Shown piece after piece: positions 28,495-32,000 of a stretch of 32,000 bases of DNA. Every line of letters begins with the position of its first letter. The first letter of the stretch is position 1. Below the pieces are notes generated by a model that had not been told where the DNA came from, did not search any database, and was given only the letters and a program-made list of their open reading frames with translations. The position numbers were made by a program, and so were the translations under genes. Source of the stretch: Desulfotalea psychrophila LSv54 (GTDB lineage Bacteria > Desulfobacterota > Desulfobulbia > Desulfobulbales > Desulfocapsaceae); the NCBI RefSeq assembly GCF_000025945.1, contig NC_006138.1:570001-602000 (forward strand), in the 5' to 3' direction.

Positions 28495-28510
28495 TGCAAA
28501 GCCCATGCCA
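28495..28510 (-). promoter_or_regulatory. Sigma-54 (-24/-12) promoter for the permease-adh-tpa-ald (copy B) operon
   Basis: Minus-strand TGGCATGGGCTTTGCA is a full match to TGGCAYRNNNNTTGCW, about 150 nt upstream of the permease start. Confidence 0.75.
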
Positions 28511-28588
28511 CAATTTAAAAATATACCATAAGACAACGACTTTACTCAGCTTGCCGCTAGAGCATTCCGCGCAACAATGAAATTTTAA

Positions 28589-28644
28589 TGCATCCTAAAC
28601 TCATTTAATCGAATTAGCCACATATTTACGATGCAACATCAACT
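28589..28644. promoter_or_regulatory. Candidate activator-binding region upstream of the permease promoter
   Basis: TGCATCCTAAACT (28589-28601) and TGCAACATCAACT (28632-28644) share the 13-nt pattern found upstream of copy A. Confidence 0.55.
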
Positions 28645-29045
28645 CATCATTGTATCAAAAAATGACGTCTCACAAAGTGATATTTTTCACATCTCAACAA
28701 AGGTCTTACAATTAACTAGTTTAACACTGCTTTTTTTGTGAAGTAACTGAGTTTACACCCTTCGCCATATCCTCAACAAAAACAAAAATGAGTCCATTAT
28801 GAATTAAACAGGTAAATGAGGACAATAATAAAACAGCACGACTTAAACAGCTCCTCCTACCAAGAAAGGCATATACCTCACAGCCAACATCCTGTTTTGA
28901 CAAAAAAATAGCAATAGCTTATATTTTTTCCACAGCTATCGCCCAGCAATTGATAGCCGAACCCAATAAAAACAATCTACAGAACTTAAGCCTTCAGTAT
29001 CGCCCATGAATACAAGCAAATAAACCTTCATCAATAGGACATGAC

Positions 29046-29757
29046 ATGAAAGAGAAAACACTTCAGGCTATTTACCAAACCTTTAATCAATGGAACGATG
29101 GTGAAAAATCCTGCCACAGGGGTTGCTCCACCTGCTGCACGCAAAATATCACTGTCACAGCAACAGAGGCCGAACTTATACATAAGTTCGCAGTAGAAGA
29201 GGACAAACAGGAGTGGCTGGCTGAAATACTTTCCGCAAAACGTGACCTCGAAAAACCCAAGATGACCACCAACGACTTCGCCAAGGCCTGTTTGGAAGGA
29301 AGAGACGTAGACCCCGGCACCATGGGGCTCCCTTGCCCCCTGCCCATTCCTCAAAGAGAACATCTGCCAAATCTACTCGGTACGCCCCTTTGCCTGCCGT
29401 GCCTTTGTCTCAAGTTCACCCTGCAGTCAGAATGAACCTGCGACCATCTCAGAAGGCTACGCAGCAACGGTTACAGCGGTAAGCCAGATAATTGAGCACC
29501 TTGGCCAAAAAGAGTACTGGGGAAATTTATTCGATGTCCTTATTGCCATGTCGGATATCTCTGCGTATAAAGAGACTGCAGAAAAATTGACTGCAGTAGA
29601 GACATTTAACGCTCGCCTGAGAACACTTACAGCTAAACCGTTGACGGGCTTCCTGCTTACCGAAGAAGATTTACAGGTAGCAGGCCCACTGCTTCAGTCC
29701 ATTTTTTCCACCAAAGTGGATGAAAAAAGCATAGAAGACATACTTAACGGAAAATAA
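29046..29757 (+). CDS. YkgJ-like CxxCC (zinc/iron-chelating) domain protein, interrupted by an apparent frameshift at 29336-29340
   Basis: The first frame gives GCSTCCTQNITVTATEAELI. The next frame, upstream of the track ORF at 29548, reads PCPFLKENICQIYSVRPFACRAFVSSSPCSQNEPATISEGYAATVTAV... into MSDISAYKETAEK. Removing one C from the C5 run joins them. Confidence 0.7.
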
Positions 29758-29768
29758 GGAAACAGACC

Positions 29769-30386
29769 ATGACCAACAAGACCACAGTTCATTTAACAAT
29801 CATGCTGCCAGCAGGGCGCCTTCCCCTCGATGTCATGAAGACAGCCCAAGCTCTTGCTGAACAATATAAGCTTGAAATTTTCTTCACAACTGCCCAAAAC
29901 CTTCGCCTCCTCAATGTACCAGAGAATCTTGTTGAAGAAATCAAAGCGCCTCTCTTGGCACTTGGCGTGACCTTTAAGGCCCCCGGTGGCTTTCCACTGC
30001 CACGAATTTGCGTTGGCGCCCCACACTGTCCTGGCGGAAACGGAGCAACCGATAAGCTCTCTGCAAAAATCCTCGACAAATTCAGTAAACGTGAAAAAAC
30101 CAAGGCAAAATTTAAAATTGCCATCTCCGCCTGTTCCACTGGATGTTCAAATCCAAGAACAACAGATATCGGTATTGTCATGGGCCCCAAGGGCCTCACC
30201 CTATATCTCGGCGGCAAGGGAGGCGTTAGCCCACAGACAGGGATTCGTGTTCTAAAGGATGTAAGCGAAGAGACACTGCTGAACGCCATCGAAACCTTAG
30301 TTGAGTTTCATGACAAAAAAACTGAAAAGAAACAAAGAATTGCCAAATTATTAGACGATCCTGAATTCCCCTTTGCTCAAATATAA
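29769..30386 (+). CDS. Low-molecular-weight assimilatory-type sulfite reductase / nitrite-sulfite reductase half-domain protein
   Basis: 205 aa; siroheme/4Fe-4S ligands CVGAPHC (C-x5-C) and CSTGC (C-x3-C); N-terminal ferredoxin-like half-domain. Confidence 0.85.
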   Translation: MTNKTTVHLTIMLPAGRLPLDVMKTAQALAEQYKLEIFFTTAQNLRLLNVPENLVEEIKAPLLALGVTFKAPGGFPLPRICVGAPHCPGGNGATDKLSAKILDKFSKREKTKAKFKIAISACSTGCSNPRTTDIGIVMGPKGLTLYLGGKGGVSPQTGIRVLKDVSEETLLNAIETLVEFHDKKTEKKQRIAKLLDDPEFPFAQI

Positions 30387-30804
30387 TTAACTGGCACTGG
30401 AGAAAGAAATACTAAGCCACGGGAACAGACAGAAACAGGGTCTATTACCGTGGTTCTTTATTCTATTAAACCAGAACAGTAACTTCAGTCGCCATCTCAA
30501 CAAAAACTATTTCTCAAAAAATTATCACCACCACACCTCCTAACTTCATTAACAAGTTATGCCTAGCGACAAGCAGAGAACCAGCCACAATCTATCTCCT
30601 CTAAGAACCTTGTTAAGTGAGACGCCTGAATAGATCCTTTATTCCAAATAAAAAAATACTTGCTTTTTTGCCATTTATTATGGTGCACACATAGAAAGAC
30701 GGGGTATTATTCCCCAACGGCTGTAGCGCCGGAGTAAGTATTTCATAAACCCCTCATAATAGATGAAGAGTTTCCTTCTAAAAAACAAGTTAAGGAAAAA
30801 AAAA

Positions 30805-32000
30805 TGGCACAGCGTGTTTTAATTATTGGAGCAGTAGCTCTTGGCCCAAAAGTTGCCTGTCGTTTGAGACGAATTGATCCAGATGCAGAGATAACAGTTC
30901 TTGACCGTGACAAACTCATCTCCTACGGTGGCTGCGGTATCCCCTACTATGTTGGCGGTGACGTTTCAGACATCGAAGGCTTGCGATCTACCCAATCTCA
31001 CACCATCCGCGACAGCAAGTTCTTTGGCGAAGTAAAGGGTATTGACGTAAGAACTCAAATTGAAGCAATTGAGATCCTTCGTAAAGAAAAGCAAGTTCGC
31101 ATTCGCGACTTAAGAGACAACAGCGAAGAGCTTCTCTCCTATGACAAACTTGTTTTCGCAACAGGTGCCTCTCCAATACGCCCTCCTTTCCCAGGTGCTG
31201 ATCTCCCTAACGTATCTATCGTTTCCAACCTTCACCATGCAGAGGCAATCAAAAAACGCCTTGCTCAAGGTAAGATTGGCAAAGCTGTTGTTATCGGTGC
31301 TGGTGCTATCGGTATCGAAATGGCAGAGGCGTTGACCGATCTCTGGGGAGTTGAAACCACCATCATCGAGATGGCCGACCAGGTGCTTCCACAGGCTATT
31401 GGTGGCAACCTTGCTACCGTAGTTCAGCGCCACCTTGAAGAGAGCAACGTCGAAGTACTTGTCTCTGAGCGTGTTAGCGGCATCACCAAGGCTGACGACA
31501 GCGACACCCTCACCGTATCTATCACCGATAGAACGATCGACTGTGATATCGTTATTCTCTCCACCGGAATTCGCCCTAATACCGAGCTTGCCAAGGCAGC
31601 AGGACTCGCTGTTGGTCAATTCGGTGGTCTCCTGGTAGATCGTCGTATGCGTACCAGCGATCCACACATCTATGCTGGTGGTGACTGTGTTGAGGTTCGT
31701 AACCTTGTAAGCGGTGCCAACCAGATGATGCCTCTTGGCTCTCTTGCTAACCGTCAGGGTCGTATTATTGCAACCAACATCAATGGTGGCAGCGCCCACT
31801 TCCCAGGAACCGTTGGCACCTTCTGTATCAAAGTTTTCGAACTCGGTGTTGCAACCGCTGGTTTGACTGCCCGTCAGGCAAAAGCTGCAGGGTTTGATCC
31901 GGTTGTTTCTATTGTTACTCAGGCTGACCGGGCTCACTTCTACCCAACCTATCAGGCTATGTACATAGCCCTTATTGCCGATCGCAATTCCCGCAAGGTA
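30805..32000 (+). CDS. FAD-dependent pyridine nucleotide-disulfide oxidoreductase, CoA-disulfide reductase/NADH oxidase-like (truncated by window end)
   Basis: The open frame runs to the window edge: MAQRVLIIGAVALGPKVACRLRRIDPDAEITVLDRDKLISYGGCGIPYYVGG, VFATGASPIRPP, VVIGAGAIGIEMAEAL, IYAGGDCVEVRN. CGIPYYVGG resembles the CoADR active-site segment. Confidence 0.85.

Noticed and set aside
28721-28903. 60-aa minus-strand ORF upstream of the permease
   Set aside because: Short, no ribosome-binding site seen, no recognisable domain; lies upstream of the regulatory elements.
1-32000. CRISPR array, toxin-antitoxin, restriction, phage-defence or prophage island
   Set aside because: No regular spaced repeats and no proteins with recognisable effector, Cas, integrase, methyltransferase or phage structural motifs were seen.

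Overview
The window looks like chromosome from a sulfate-reducing deltaproteobacterium (Desulfotalea/Desulfobulbales-like; this is inferred from gene content, no database search was run). The left ~18 kb is mostly housekeeping or ordinary genes: smpB fragment, frameshifted GspE/PilB ATPase, M48-TPR protease, sbcC-sbcD, mtnN-luxS, two DUF202-like proteins, glutathione peroxidase, pentapeptide-repeat protein, lipoprotein, tctA-tctB-tctC and plsY. The right ~14 kb is the most interesting part. A three-gene cassette (iron-containing alcohol dehydrogenase, taurine:pyruvate aminotransferase, alanine dehydrogenase) is present twice in direct orientation (about 18586-22396 and 23035-26829, minus strand). 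One copy is headed by an APC-family permease. A divergent PAS/AAA+/HTH regulator follows the other copy. Each transcription unit has its own perfect sigma-54 -24/-12 match (22532-22547 and 28495-28510, minus strand). Upstream of each promoter lie two copies of a shared 13-nt element TGCA-N3-T-N-AACT (plus-strand orientation). The distal copy sits at exactly the same distance (122 nt) from both promoters. Next to this, on the plus strand, are a YkgJ-like CxxCC protein interrupted by an apparent frameshift, a small siroheme/4Fe-4S low-molecular-weight assimilatory-type sulfite reductase, and a CoA-disulfide-reductase-like flavoprotein. Together these suggest a duplicated, sigma-54-controlled taurine/sulfonate module with possible sulfite handling. 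No CRISPR array, tRNA, rRNA or transposase was recognised.
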